A stretch of 64,000 nt of DNA from Candidatus Heimdallarchaeota archaeon (GTDB taxonomy: Archaea > Asgardarchaeota > Heimdallarchaeia > JABLTI01). Below, piece after piece: positions 18,557 to 28,096 of this stretch. Position 1 is the stretch's first letter. Each line of letters starts with the position of its first letter. Location: positions 1 to 64,000 of the forward strand of contig JABCTZ010000003.1 in assembly GCA_018238155.1 (NCBI GenBank), given 5' to 3'. The notes beneath the pieces are model-generated. The model made no database searches. It was given only the letters and a program-made list of their open reading frames with translations, and had not been told where the DNA came from. A program made the position numbers and the translations under genes.

Positions 18557-19246
18557 TTACAATAGTATTTTGGTACTTATTATCTCTTTCTTAAATAATA
18601 GTCGGTCTTTTATTCTTTCCGGATAGAATCCATTGATTATTGTTGCTTTGATTAGATTGTTTTTAAGAATTATAGGTGTTGTTTTGTCAATCGGTGAATC
18701 GTCGAGTAGCATTAAATCGTCCAATTTTATTTCTTCTACAAGTGTATTATTAATGAAGAGACCATCAACATCTTTTATGAAAATAATCTTGCGTATATTG
18801 AGTTTAGAAGCGATTTCGGAAGCTATAGCATCACTAGAAGAATGCCAATTATGAGATAGCTTGCTTTCATTTTTCATAAAATCTCGCACGCTGAAAATAG
18901 GTACTTGTGTTCCTTGTAATTCATTCATGTTATCAGAGAACTGTTTACTTGAGAATTGAATTAATTTAGATTCAGGAATAAAATGCTGTAGTAACAATGC
19001 ATTTTGTTCCATTGCATATATAGCCATCCAATGAGCTAGTTCATCACTGAAATGAAATTTATTTTGTTTTTTTCTAACTTCTTCAGCAAAGGAACCGCCA
19101 CCTGGAACAAGAATAAAATTCTTTTTGAGTGAATAAATTTCAGCTATAATTTTACCAATTGATTCGATTTGCTGAATAGAACCTTTTTCAGTTATTGACC
19201 CACCAAATTTTATAACATATTCAAAACGCATTTTTTTCTCATGCAT
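18557..19246 (-). CDS. mfnE: Amino-acid-kinase family protein, MfnE-like (methanofuran)
   Basis: IKFGGS, VPGGGSFA, AHWMAI, W..SSD and KDVDG motifs; operon context. Confidence 0.8.
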   Translation of the reverse strand: MHEKKMRFEYVIKFGGSITEKGSIQQIESIGKIIAEIYSLKKNFILVPGGGSFAEEVRKKQNKFHFSDELAHWMAIYAMEQNALLLQHFIPESKLIQFSSKQFSDNMNELQGTQVPIFSVRDFMKNESKLSHNWHSSSDAIASEIASKLNIRKIIFIKDVDGLFINNTLVEEIKLDDLMLLDDSPIDKTTPIILKNNLIKATIINGFYPERIKDRLLFKKEIISTKILL

Positions 19247-19268
19247 ATCTTAGTTCACCTTTCGCTTC

Positions 19269-20333
19269 TCAGTTTTTCCCCAGCTTGTCAATATACAAGT
19301 GTGCTGTGGCATATGCACTGAACGCTGTGGAAACCGCTGTATTGATAATTTCATTTATGAGAACTTGTTCATAAATACCATTCTCTCTTAGAAGAGATAT
19401 TCCTATAACTTCTGAACCCGAACCTATTAGGATGATCTTTGGATCTAGTTTATAATCAGTGTGAAATCTTTTGATAACAGTGTTTAAAGCAGTTGATAAA
19501 ATATTGAATTGTTTTTCTTTAATTTGTTGAGCAATTTGTATAATCTCTCTTGAAGATAATTGATTGTGGTCTGCACAAACTATTCTAGCTAATCTTGCAA
19601 GCGATTTTTCTTTGTTTGGAGCTCTGCCGTCAGCAGTATCAACAGTAAACTCATTTTCAGATATCATATCTAAAATAATATATACATCACCGGAGGTTGC
19701 GAAAAGCTCACTTGAGATGGGGACGATTTTACCTCGTAATTTTATTTCATGAATAATAGCCGGAATAGTTGTTCGAAGAGTTCCCGAATAAACTAATTCT
19801 TGGCTAGCTAACCTTTCAAAATCATTTCTTCCTTTAGCAACAACTTTTCCATTAAAAATGGGGATTATATCCGTAGTGGTAGAACCGATGTCTAACATGA
19901 TCGCGTTTGGATATTCTTTTCCAAGGAAATTTGCTGATGCAACCCAATTTGTTGCTGACACTTCCAGCCACTTTTCTACTGTTTTAGATGTAGAAAGAAA
20001 CTCACCATTTACATCATACATTTGGGGTATATGATTATCTTTTGAAAAAATTTTCTCAACAATTTTACTTATGCTTTCTATTCCTTCTTTCTTTGTTTGA
20101 AAACAATCTGCTAATTCAGCTGTAGTAACAAAAGTAGTATAATCAATACTAGCATATTTCATCTCTATTTTCTCCTTGATACTTATCAAATAATCGGAGA
20201 ATTTTTCAAACTGTTTCCATAGTGGAAAATACTCTGATTCAGCAGCTAACAAGGATACTTTACCTTCACTATAGTCTAAAACGGCAAATTTAGTATTTGC
20301 TCCACCAATATCCAAACCAAGTACTATTGTCAT
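19269..20333 (-). CDS. mfnF: Hydantoinase/oxoprolinase-like MfnF
   Basis: GLDIGGANTK, TAELADCF.TK.EG, DIGSTTTDIIP and RLARIVCAD motifs. Confidence 0.88.
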   Translation of the reverse strand: MTIVLGLDIGGANTKFAVLDYSEGKVSLLAAESEYFPLWKQFEKFSDYLISIKEKIEMKYASIDYTTFVTTAELADCFQTKKEGIESISKIVEKIFSKDNHIPQMYDVNGEFLSTSKTVEKWLEVSATNWVASANFLGKEYPNAIMLDIGSTTTDIIPIFNGKVVAKGRNDFERLASQELVYSGTLRTTIPAIIHEIKLRGKIVPISSELFATSGDVYIILDMISENEFTVDTADGRAPNKEKSLARLARIVCADHNQLSSREIIQIAQQIKEKQFNILSTALNTVIKRFHTDYKLDPKIILIGSGSEVIGISLLRENGIYEQVLINEIINTAVSTAFSAYATAHLYIDKLGKN

Positions 20334-20363
20334 TGTTGATTCGAATAATAATCTATACTAGTA

Positions 20364-21599
20364 TTACTTTAATTTATTTGATATAATTGAAAGATTATTT
20401 TGAAAAGCAATTTGAGCGCTTTGAAATGTTTTTCCTGTTCCTTTAATTAAAGCTAAAATTGTGTTTTTAGATAATTCAAGTGGTGGAGTTAAAATGAAAT
20501 TATCTGCTAAAAATTTTTGAGCGAGTATTACCTCATTTTCTGCTTTCTCGAGTGAAACTTTAGCAAAGTAAGTTACTCTTTTATCGCTAATTTTTTCTGC
20601 TTTCTTCTTATCACTTGCTAATGGTAATAATCTCAGAGGATAGGAATCTTTGGTAATTAAACAACTAATTGGGGTTGTTGCTCTGGGGTTCAATTCAATG
20701 AAATAGATTTCCTTATTTCGAATTACAAAATCAATACCAATTAAACCATTTACTCCTTTCATACTAGATAACAACTGAAAAATCAGTTTTTCAATTTCAT
20801 TGGAAAGATCATGTTGAATGTTTGTCGCACCACCTAAATAATCTGAGATGTTATTCGTGAAGGAAATTAGCTGTTTATTTAGAGAGATAATGCGAACTTC
20901 TTTTGGCGAGATATTCACTGTCGCACTCAAATGTTCACCTTCTATGAATTCTTGAAGTAAGAGTTCTTCTGAAGGATTCTTTTGTAAAAAGTCATTTAAC
21001 TCATTTTGATTTGCACATAAAGCTAATCCTTCACATGCTATTCCATCATTTGGTTTAAGAATTACTGGAAAAGAGAGCTCTCTTTCGTCAATTAATTTAG
21101 ACCAATGTCTCTCTTTTAATGACGAATTTTCAATATCCAGACACAGACCGTTTTTCTGCATTTTGTATGTTTTTGGAAAAGTAATCTGTAGTGTTGAACA
21201 AAACTTGTAGGTAAGATATTTATTGGTAGCTAAATCAATCAATTCACTATTACAATTCAAGCTTCTAGCTTTCGTTTTTGTATAGTTGTTTACAAAGCTA
21301 GAAAGAATATTGTTAGCTCCTGGGGCAATAATTAGAAAATAATCACAATTATTGAGTAAATCACAGCTGACATCAACTATTGACTGCTTTGTAGTAATTG
21401 GTTTAATTATATCTGCAGCTAGAAATGATTCCAATTGTTTCAATCGAAAATCAATTGTTGTTACAACTTCATAACCACATTTTTTGAAATTCAAAATTAA
21501 TGCTCGAAGAATAGCAAAGCCTTCAATTAATAATGATGTGTGAAGTGGGTTATTTACTAATCCACCACCAGTAGCATATTCTTGAACAAAGATTCTCAT
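20364..21599 (-). CDS. mfnD: ATP-grasp ligase, MfnD-like (tyramine-glutamate ligase)
   Basis: EYATGGG, EG..IL, KP.DG..CEG, QEFIEG and ELNPR.TT motifs. Confidence 0.82.
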   Translation of the reverse strand: MRIFVQEYATGGGLVNNPLHTSLLIEGFAILRALILNFKKCGYEVVTTIDFRLKQLESFLAADIIKPITTKQSIVDVSCDLLNNCDYFLIIAPGANNILSSFVNNYTKTKARSLNCNSELIDLATNKYLTYKFCSTLQITFPKTYKMQKNGLCLDIENSSLKERHWSKLIDERELSFPVILKPNDGIACEGLALCANQNELNDFLQKNPSEELLLQEFIEGEHLSATVNISPKEVRIISLNKQLISFTNNISDYLGGATNIQHDLSNEIEKLIFQLLSSMKGVNGLIGIDFVIRNKEIYFIELNPRATTPISCLITKDSYPLRLLPLASDKKKAEKISDKRVTYFAKVSLEKAENEVILAQKFLADNFILTPPLELSKNTILALIKGTGKTFQSAQIAFQNNLSIISNKLK

Positions 21600-21669
21600 T
21601 TATTTAACCTTTAATGACTTTTGTTTTTAAAGCGAAAATAATAAAATATAATGTTTACTATGAAATCAT

Positions 21670-21918
21670 ATGACCTCAGAGAAGAATAAAGAGATTGCAC
21701 TAGAGCTAGATATGACTGGTAAGGAATGCTATCAGGTACGATTAGAATTACGAGTACAAATCCGTAATATAGCCATAGATGAAATCATTAAAGTAATAAC
21801 AGATAATCCAAAATCTCCAAAATCAATTCCAAAGTGGTGTAAACTTAATAATCAAGAATTGTTTCTCTCAGATATTCAAAATGGGAAATATTTTTTCTTT
21901 ATTAAGCGTATTTCGTAA
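21670..21918 (+). CDS. TusA/SirA-like sulfur carrier
   Basis: LD..G..C, V.TD.P.S...IP.WC; the CPxP motif is altered to CYQV. Confidence 0.75.
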   Translation: MTSEKNKEIALELDMTGKECYQVRLELRVQIRNIAIDEIIKVITDNPKSPKSIPKWCKLNNQELFLSDIQNGKYFFFIKRIS

Positions 21919-21990
21919 GAACGGAGAGGAAACTTATAAAAAAGTAAATCACTTTTACCTTATTAGTAAGCCGAAACGCACACAAAACTG

Positions 21991-22494
21991 GTGAATTCTT
22001 TGAGCTATCGTTTAATACAGGGTGGATTAACCTTCAAATTTGCTGCAGCACATTTTGTTTTAGGTGAGACAGGGTGCGAGCGATTACATGGGCATAATTA
22101 CTTAGTGGAAGTCCAAGTACTTGGAGAACAGGATGAAGAAAAAAATTTGGTGATAGATTTCTTGGAATTGAAACCTTTTGTACGAAATTTCGTGGAAGAG
22201 TTGGATCATAGAGTTCTCCTTCCAAGTGAAAACCCACAACTTCTTGTAACAAAAAATGAGGGTGAATGTTTTGTTGAATTTCTTCCTAAAAAGAAAAAAT
22301 ATATTTTTCCAGTTGTGGATGTTTCCCTTCTGCCAATAAAAAATACCACCGTTGAAGAATTCGCGAGATTATTAACAATTAAAATGAAGCCTCTCTTTAG
22401 TAAATATCCGAATATTGAATCCTTTGAGGTTGGTGTTTTTGAATATAAAGGTCAGGGTTGTTGGAAAAAAATCACTCGAGATAATTCAAGTTAA
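21991..22494 (+). CDS. 6-pyruvoyl-tetrahydropterin synthase family (COG0720), CExxHGH type
   Basis: FAAAH, CERLHGHNY, LDH and NTTVEE motifs. Confidence 0.88.
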   Translation: MNSLSYRLIQGGLTFKFAAAHFVLGETGCERLHGHNYLVEVQVLGEQDEEKNLVIDFLELKPFVRNFVEELDHRVLLPSENPQLLVTKNEGECFVEFLPKKKKYIFPVVDVSLLPIKNTTVEEFARLLTIKMKPLFSKYPNIESFEVGVFEYKGQGCWKKITRDNSS

Positions 22495-22503
22495 AATCCT
22501 CTA

Positions 22504-23328
22504 TTACCTCTTATCCAATATTTCTTCTAATTGGTGAAAATCAATTTGGCGAATATTGCTTATTTTTTCTCCTTGAGGAGTACAATTCAGTATTTCTATT
22601 CCCGGAAATTTCAAGGGTATTTTCGCTAGGAGTTTTTTAGCGAAATCTAATTTGATTAATTTTTCTTTGGAAGCTTCAATATCTTCAGAGAAGATTTCTG
22701 GTTTGGAATATTTTCCAATAATTACTCCAAAATCGAAAGCAAAGAGAACAATCATTTTACCTTGAAAATTAGCTGATAAATAAACCGCTCTATCTCCATC
22801 AGAAAATCCACCTAGATTCTTTACTTTAGGTGTTTCAAATGATTGACTTGTACCTATAACATTGCTATCATCTAAAATAGATACTATTTGATTTATCTTA
22901 TCTTGATTATTGCCATGTGCATGAATAACAACAATTGCTCCTTTGGTATGTTCTTCGATTATAGAGTTAATACTACCATCAAGATCTGTAACAATAATAT
23001 CAATTGACATATTATGATCTTGTAATGCTTTTGTTGCACCATCAACAGCAATGATGGTTATTTTTTTGTGGTGATTTTCTAATATTGGTTGTATTCTATT
23101 CAAAGATGAGATTAATGAAGGACCTGCACCGAAAATGAAAACTATATGATTGGAAATTTTCTCAGTAAGATTTCTATAAGCAGCTTTCATTTTTTGTTTG
23201 TTTAATCCTTTATCCAAGAATTTTACTGACGAGATATCAGTCTGCGGATCAATATTTAGAAGGGAGCAAATCTCGTTATATTCACCAAATGTTAGCTTCT
23301 TGTGTTCATCCATCGAAAATCGAACCAT
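22504..23328 (-). CDS. mptE: 6-hydroxymethyl-7,8-dihydropterin pyrophosphokinase
   Basis: GAGPSL, DGA, VTDLDG, HAHG.N, GGFSDGDRA and KL.FAK motifs. Confidence 0.88.
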   Translation of the reverse strand: MVRFSMDEHKKLTFGEYNEICSLLNIDPQTDISSVKFLDKGLNKQKMKAAYRNLTEKISNHIVFIFGAGPSLISSLNRIQPILENHHKKITIIAVDGATKALQDHNMSIDIIVTDLDGSINSIIEEHTKGAIVVIHAHGNNQDKINQIVSILDDSNVIGTSQSFETPKVKNLGGFSDGDRAVYLSANFQGKMIVLFAFDFGVIIGKYSKPEIFSEDIEASKEKLIKLDFAKKLLAKIPLKFPGIEILNCTPQGEKISNIRQIDFHQLEEILDKR

Positions 23329-23422
23329 AATTGATATATTCGTTTAGTAACAAAACGAGTATAATAATACTGTTCAATGATAATTATATTTTGATATAAA
23401 GACACCTCGAGAGAAAAATTAG

Positions 23423-24052
23423 ATGTCCTCAAAAAATCTTTCCTTACTGCCTGGCGTTGTTTATGAAACTATAATAACAACCACAGATAGAAAGAATAAA
23501 CCCAATGGAGCTCCTATGGGCATTCATTTAGATAAAGATAATTATATTATCATTCGACCATTTGTTCAATCTGATACTTTTCAAAATCTCTGGGATAACG
23601 AACAAGCTATAATTAATTTCACAGAGGACCCTAAGCTTTTCACTTATTGTACGCTATTTCAAGATGAACTTTCCGAAGATACTTTCACTCATTGTAAAAA
23701 CAATAACGGTTTCGTTTTAACTGCTTGTAAAAATAATTATTTAGTAGTAAAGATTCTCGAAAAAAAGAAGAAAAATACTGAACGAGCTTATTTTAAATGC
23801 CAAGTAGTCGAGTCGAATTTTCAATTACAAACATATAATCCATTTACTCGAGCATTTTCGTTATTAATTGAAATACTAATTCATTCAAGCCGTTTAGTAT
23901 ATCATTCTAATTCTCAAAACAAATCAATTGAATTAGTTAATAGTTTGCTGAAAACAATTCAAGAACATACAAAAGTGATCAAGAGAGTGGTTCCTGACGG
24001 TTCTATTTACTTAAATCTATTAGAAAAAATTCATCACAAAATTAATTTTTGA
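23423..24052 (+). CDS. DUF447 family protein (FMN split-barrel)
   Basis: YETIITT...PNGAPMG, T..N and RA...IE..IH.SR motifs. Confidence 0.82.
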   Translation: MSSKNLSLLPGVVYETIITTTDRKNKPNGAPMGIHLDKDNYIIIRPFVQSDTFQNLWDNEQAIINFTEDPKLFTYCTLFQDELSEDTFTHCKNNNGFVLTACKNNYLVVKILEKKKKNTERAYFKCQVVESNFQLQTYNPFTRAFSLLIEILIHSSRLVYHSNSQNKSIELVNSLLKTIQEHTKVIKRVVPDGSIYLNLLEKIHHKINF

Positions 24053-24077
24053 AATCGAATGAGTTGGAGAGTACAAT

Positions 24078-25112
24078 ATGCCTCGAGATAATATCACTGA
24101 ACCAATAGAGGGTTTTTTCATTGAATCTAAAGATGGTATGATATTTGATGTCAAGGGATTAAGTCAACCTAAAGATAGAGTAATTGCATTTGTTAGATAT
24201 ATTCCTTGGAAATTTCTAAAAGACGAAGAGAAGAAAAGGAAGGATTTTGTTAAGCTTTACAGCTTGAAAGAAAGGTTCTCTTTTTTAGCTGAGAATTTCC
24301 CTGAATATCTTTTTGAAGATCCAAAAGGCAGAGGGTTATTACAAGGTCTCGAAAGAGATAATATTCAAACAATATACGACCCAAGAATAAAACTTAGTAA
24401 TCTTATGAAAAAATCTTTTCTTGAAAATTCTTTGGAAGATTTAATGATCAGATTAGTAAAAGCTATTGTTTCATTTTCAAGTATAAAATTGGGTTCAATT
24501 GGAATCTCAGGATCAATATTGGTTGATTTACACTCTGAAAATTCTGATATTGATCTAATTATCTATGGTGAAGAAAATGGTTTGAAAGTATATGAAGCAA
24601 TGTCAGAAATTTTTACAAAGGAGAAATTAATTAATCGATATTCTGATGAAAATTTGAAAGCCCTTTGGAAAGAACGAGGGCAAGAAAAACAAATCAATTT
24701 CAGCTCATTTTTAGATTTAGAGGTCGAAAAGAATCTACAAGGGAAAATTCATGATGTAGATTTTTACATCCGGTGTGTCCCCTATCCTGATGAAAGAAAT
24801 GAACCATATGATAAAATAATGATTCTTTCATTAGGGGAAGCAGAGTTTAAAGCAAAAATTGATGATGATACAAGAAAGATTTTCACACCTTGTATTTATA
24901 CTTTGAAAGAAGTAGAGTTAATTTCTGCAGTCGAAACAATAATCATTCCAAACCGAATCTATTCTGTAAGAGGGCGATATTGCGATCTTGCAAAAAGTGG
25001 GGATAAAGTTCACGTAAAGGGAAAAATGGAACAAGTGATAATTGAAAATAAACAAGCTTTTTATCAACTAATCTTGGGAACCTCTAATGATGAATTCTTC
25101 ATGAAAGATTAG
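24078..25112 (+). CDS. Archaeal nucleotidyltransferase (COG1665-like)
   Basis: F.VKG..P..R..AFVRY, GISGS.L......SDIDL..YG and G..V.V.GK.E motifs. Confidence 0.8.
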   Translation: MPRDNITEPIEGFFIESKDGMIFDVKGLSQPKDRVIAFVRYIPWKFLKDEEKKRKDFVKLYSLKERFSFLAENFPEYLFEDPKGRGLLQGLERDNIQTIYDPRIKLSNLMKKSFLENSLEDLMIRLVKAIVSFSSIKLGSIGISGSILVDLHSENSDIDLIIYGEENGLKVYEAMSEIFTKEKLINRYSDENLKALWKERGQEKQINFSSFLDLEVEKNLQGKIHDVDFYIRCVPYPDERNEPYDKIMILSLGEAEFKAKIDDDTRKIFTPCIYTLKEVELISAVETIIIPNRIYSVRGRYCDLAKSGDKVHVKGKMEQVIIENKQAFYQLILGTSNDEFFMKD

Positions 25113-25204
25113 AACTCATTTTAGCATACTTGGACACGTATATATACAGCGTTGAGACATTTTGATTAAAGAATATTGTGAAATTAAACTGAGGAACTTA
25201 AAAA

Positions 25205-25912
25205 ATGACTGTAATAATAAAACAAGGAACTCCGGCGAAATTCTTCAAAGAAGTCTCTCCAATAGTCAGTGAATGCTTTGAGGGTGTTTGGTCTGAGAAA
25301 GATCTAAAAGAATTAATTGGTCTTCCTCATGATTCGAAAATCTTCTTCGTTGCATACAAAGATGATAAACCTGTTGGTTATGCATTTGTTGTAGCTGATT
25401 ATGTTGACGCTGTAGATGCTAAAATTGCTTCAGTGCAAGAGCTAGGTGTACTCCCACAATTTAGAGAAACAGAAGTCGTTGAAGGATTATTGGATAAAGC
25501 AATTCAATTTTCAAAAACAAACAAAGTAGAATTATTAGAACAAGTAGTGTCATCCCTTGATCAATGGATAATTCCAAATTTGGTTAATAAAAATCTTAAA
25601 CCAAGTGAAATAAAAGCTGATAGAGAAATCTCCTCCTCGAATGAGGCAAAACTCATCCTAATAAATCTAAAGAAGAATGACAAAATCAATGTTATTATGA
25701 ATCAATTATTCTTTGAATCTAATAATAAATTAGAATCACAAATGATTGAAGATGAATCAGAATTAGATGGTCTTGAAAGAAATGGTTTGATTGCTTTCGG
25801 ATCTGTTATTTCAGTAGAGAAAACCGAAGAACTTGAATCAACGTTAAATGAACTTTCTTCAATAGATATCAAGTGGGATGAAATAGGAATCACTTTTGAT
25901 TATTACATTTAA
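25205..25912 (+). CDS. GNAT-domain protein with acidic C-terminal domain
   Basis: FFVAY....VGY...ELGVLPQFR...LLDKA; the acetyl-CoA loop is degenerate. Confidence 0.7.
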   Translation: MTVIIKQGTPAKFFKEVSPIVSECFEGVWSEKDLKELIGLPHDSKIFFVAYKDDKPVGYAFVVADYVDAVDAKIASVQELGVLPQFRETEVVEGLLDKAIQFSKTNKVELLEQVVSSLDQWIIPNLVNKNLKPSEIKADREISSSNEAKLILINLKKNDKINVIMNQLFFESNNKLESQMIEDESELDGLERNGLIAFGSVISVEKTEELESTLNELSSIDIKWDEIGITFDYYI

Positions 25913-25937
25913 GGACTTCATTCCTTATTTTTTCATT

Positions 25938-26615
25938 TTATTTGAACTTTTTTTCAATATTAGTTATCGTTTTCCAGTAGGTTCTAATAATATCTGTAGG
26001 CCAGGAACGATTCTGCAAATAATGATTTTCTAACCAAGTAATTGTTTTTTTATCACTCGTACTCCCTGAACCAAAATCACCATATTTTTTTCGTATTTTA
26101 ACTAATTCCTTGAGGGATTGATCTCGAGCGAGAATTGATCCTGCACCAACAGAAATATACTTTGCATCTGCTTTGGGTAGAATGATTAGTTTGATGTTTT
26201 TCATTTTAGTATTCTTTTGCAGCAGAGATCGTAACTTATCTTTTGCTTGAAAGTTATCCACTTGGTATTCATTAATATCTGGTACTTTCTTAATGATATC
26301 TTCTAACCCTCGGAAAAAAGCATATGCTTCAGCTTCATCCATTGACATGCCACTTTTATTGAAATTGTTGAGTACTTTTGCAGAAAGAACTTTTACACTC
26401 CAAGCGAGGGCATTCTTTTTAATAAAATCTGCATGTGCATGAAGTTTTGTTGTTGTAGTGTACCTTTTGCTATCTTTAATACCAAAGTTTCTGAACTTGA
26501 TGCTCATTTCTTCATCTATCGCACAAACACCGATGACCATTGGTCCAACTATTAATCCTCTACTAGCTTCATCTGCACCAACAACAATTTTTCCTGCCAA
26601 ATTAATAACAACCAA
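25938..26615 (-). CDS. rnhB: Ribonuclease HII
   Basis: GADEASRG..GPMV, DSK, KAD..Y.SV.A.SILA and GDFGSG motifs. Confidence 0.88.
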   Translation of the reverse strand: MVVINLAGKIVVGADEASRGLIVGPMVIGVCAIDEEMSIKFRNFGIKDSKRYTTTTKLHAHADFIKKNALAWSVKVLSAKVLNNFNKSGMSMDEAEAYAFFRGLEDIIKKVPDINEYQVDNFQAKDKLRSLLQKNTKMKNIKLIILPKADAKYISVGAGSILARDQSLKELVKIRKKYGDFGSGSTSDKKTITWLENHYLQNRSWPTDIIRTYWKTITNIEKKFK

Positions 26616-26665
26616 TTATTGACTATACTACTACTTTATTGCTATATAATAAAAAAGTTGGTTAA

Positions 26666-27874
26666 TTATTTAGTTAACTTAGCAATAAAGTATCCTTGAG
26701 TTTCATGTCTATCCGGAAAGAAATATTGTAAAAGTTCTGAACCTTTGAAATTAACAAGTCCTTTCTCGCCAAGGTATTGCGATTGTTCAACAACAGAAAG
26801 ACGACCATGATTAATTACTTCTTCAATAATTCGCTCATTTTCTGCAGGATCAAGACTATTTGTAGAATAGTAGATTGTTCCACCTCTTTTCAGTAACCGA
26901 TCTGCTTGAGCCATCATTTTATTCATATTTCGGGCATTGTTGAAAATCAACCCTTCACCAGTATTATCCGAGACCTTTGGTCGAATGCCTATTTTTGAAT
27001 TTGGTGCATGATAAATAATACAATCAAATGTCTCATTTCGATTGAATCTTCTTGAAACTTTATTGCTTTCCATTTTCATAATTTCAATAGGAGCATTATG
27101 TAAACGAAGACGCTTAAGGTTGCTCTTGAATCGAACTAGTCTAGTATTTGAATTGTCTACAGCAATAATTCTTGCATTGGAATTTGAATTATTTTGCCAG
27201 ACATGCGTTAGCAGAGCACCATGTCCTACAGATAAATCTAGAACTCGTGCTTGAGGTTTTAGTTTAATATCGGATCCAATTAATATGCTAGGCAACATCT
27301 GTTCTATGAAGTGACCACGGAGGTATTCTATAACATTTAGGAAATTGGGTAGTACATACTTACTTGCAGTTATCCTAAGAGCTACTCCTCGTTTTTGTTT
27401 ATCAATTTCATTTGGGTTCATCATTAATACAGCATTTGCAACAATGATTTTACCCATTTTATCAACAATTGATACTTCATCGCCAATATTTAGCTCTTCA
27501 TGCTCTTTAATTCCTGGTGCACCTATATCTCCTCCGATTAAAGCTTTAGCAGCAGCATATTTATGCACAGTAATTTTCTTAGTTTTTTCAGCTATTTCAT
27601 TTGGTCCCTGAACATCAACTAATACTGCATCTTCAACTTCAGGATGCTGTTTTGCTGGGATGTCTTTTTCATTTAATGATTTAACAAGATCTTTTGATGT
27701 AGTAAGTAATGTATTAACTCTAATAGGCAAAGTACCTGGATGTACTGTGAGAGATTGGATGATACTTTTTGCACGTTCGAACCCATAAACAAAACTTAAG
27801 CGATTAACTAAAGCAGGATTAAATTGATACTGATCTGCTACTTCATTTATGTGATCATTAACTCTTTCACTCAT
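26666..27874 (-). CDS. RsmB/NOP2/NSUN6-like PUA-containing m5C methyltransferase homologue, apparently inactive
   Basis: IRVNTL, PUA insert, G.RP, L.P.ENE and GYFIAKL motifs; catalytic motifs read HAPNS and STNS. Confidence 0.85.
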   Translation of the reverse strand: MSERVNDHINEVADQYQFNPALVNRLSFVYGFERAKSIIQSLTVHPGTLPIRVNTLLTTSKDLVKSLNEKDIPAKQHPEVEDAVLVDVQGPNEIAEKTKKITVHKYAAAKALIGGDIGAPGIKEHEELNIGDEVSIVDKMGKIIVANAVLMMNPNEIDKQKRGVALRITASKYVLPNFLNVIEYLRGHFIEQMLPSILIGSDIKLKPQARVLDLSVGHGALLTHVWQNNSNSNARIIAVDNSNTRLVRFKSNLKRLRLHNAPIEIMKMESNKVSRRFNRNETFDCIIYHAPNSKIGIRPKVSDNTGEGLIFNNARNMNKMMAQADRLLKRGGTIYYSTNSLDPAENERIIEEVINHGRLSVVEQSQYLGEKGLVNFKGSELLQYFFPDRHETQGYFIAKLTK

Positions 27875-28096
27875 TTTTGGTATCTTCCTATTTATGTTTA
27901 TTCGAAAATCATTTCATACTCTTTTAATTATTCCCTTTTGTTTATCAATTCAGAAATCAATTTTAGTAGTTCTTTGTAGTAAAAAGCCAAATGAAGCAAG
28001 AAATTGTTTTCTAATCTATTTGGGATAGTTTTTATCATTGAAGTGTTCTTACTATTATATTAAAAACGATAATGTCTATTACTGGAGTGTTGAAAG

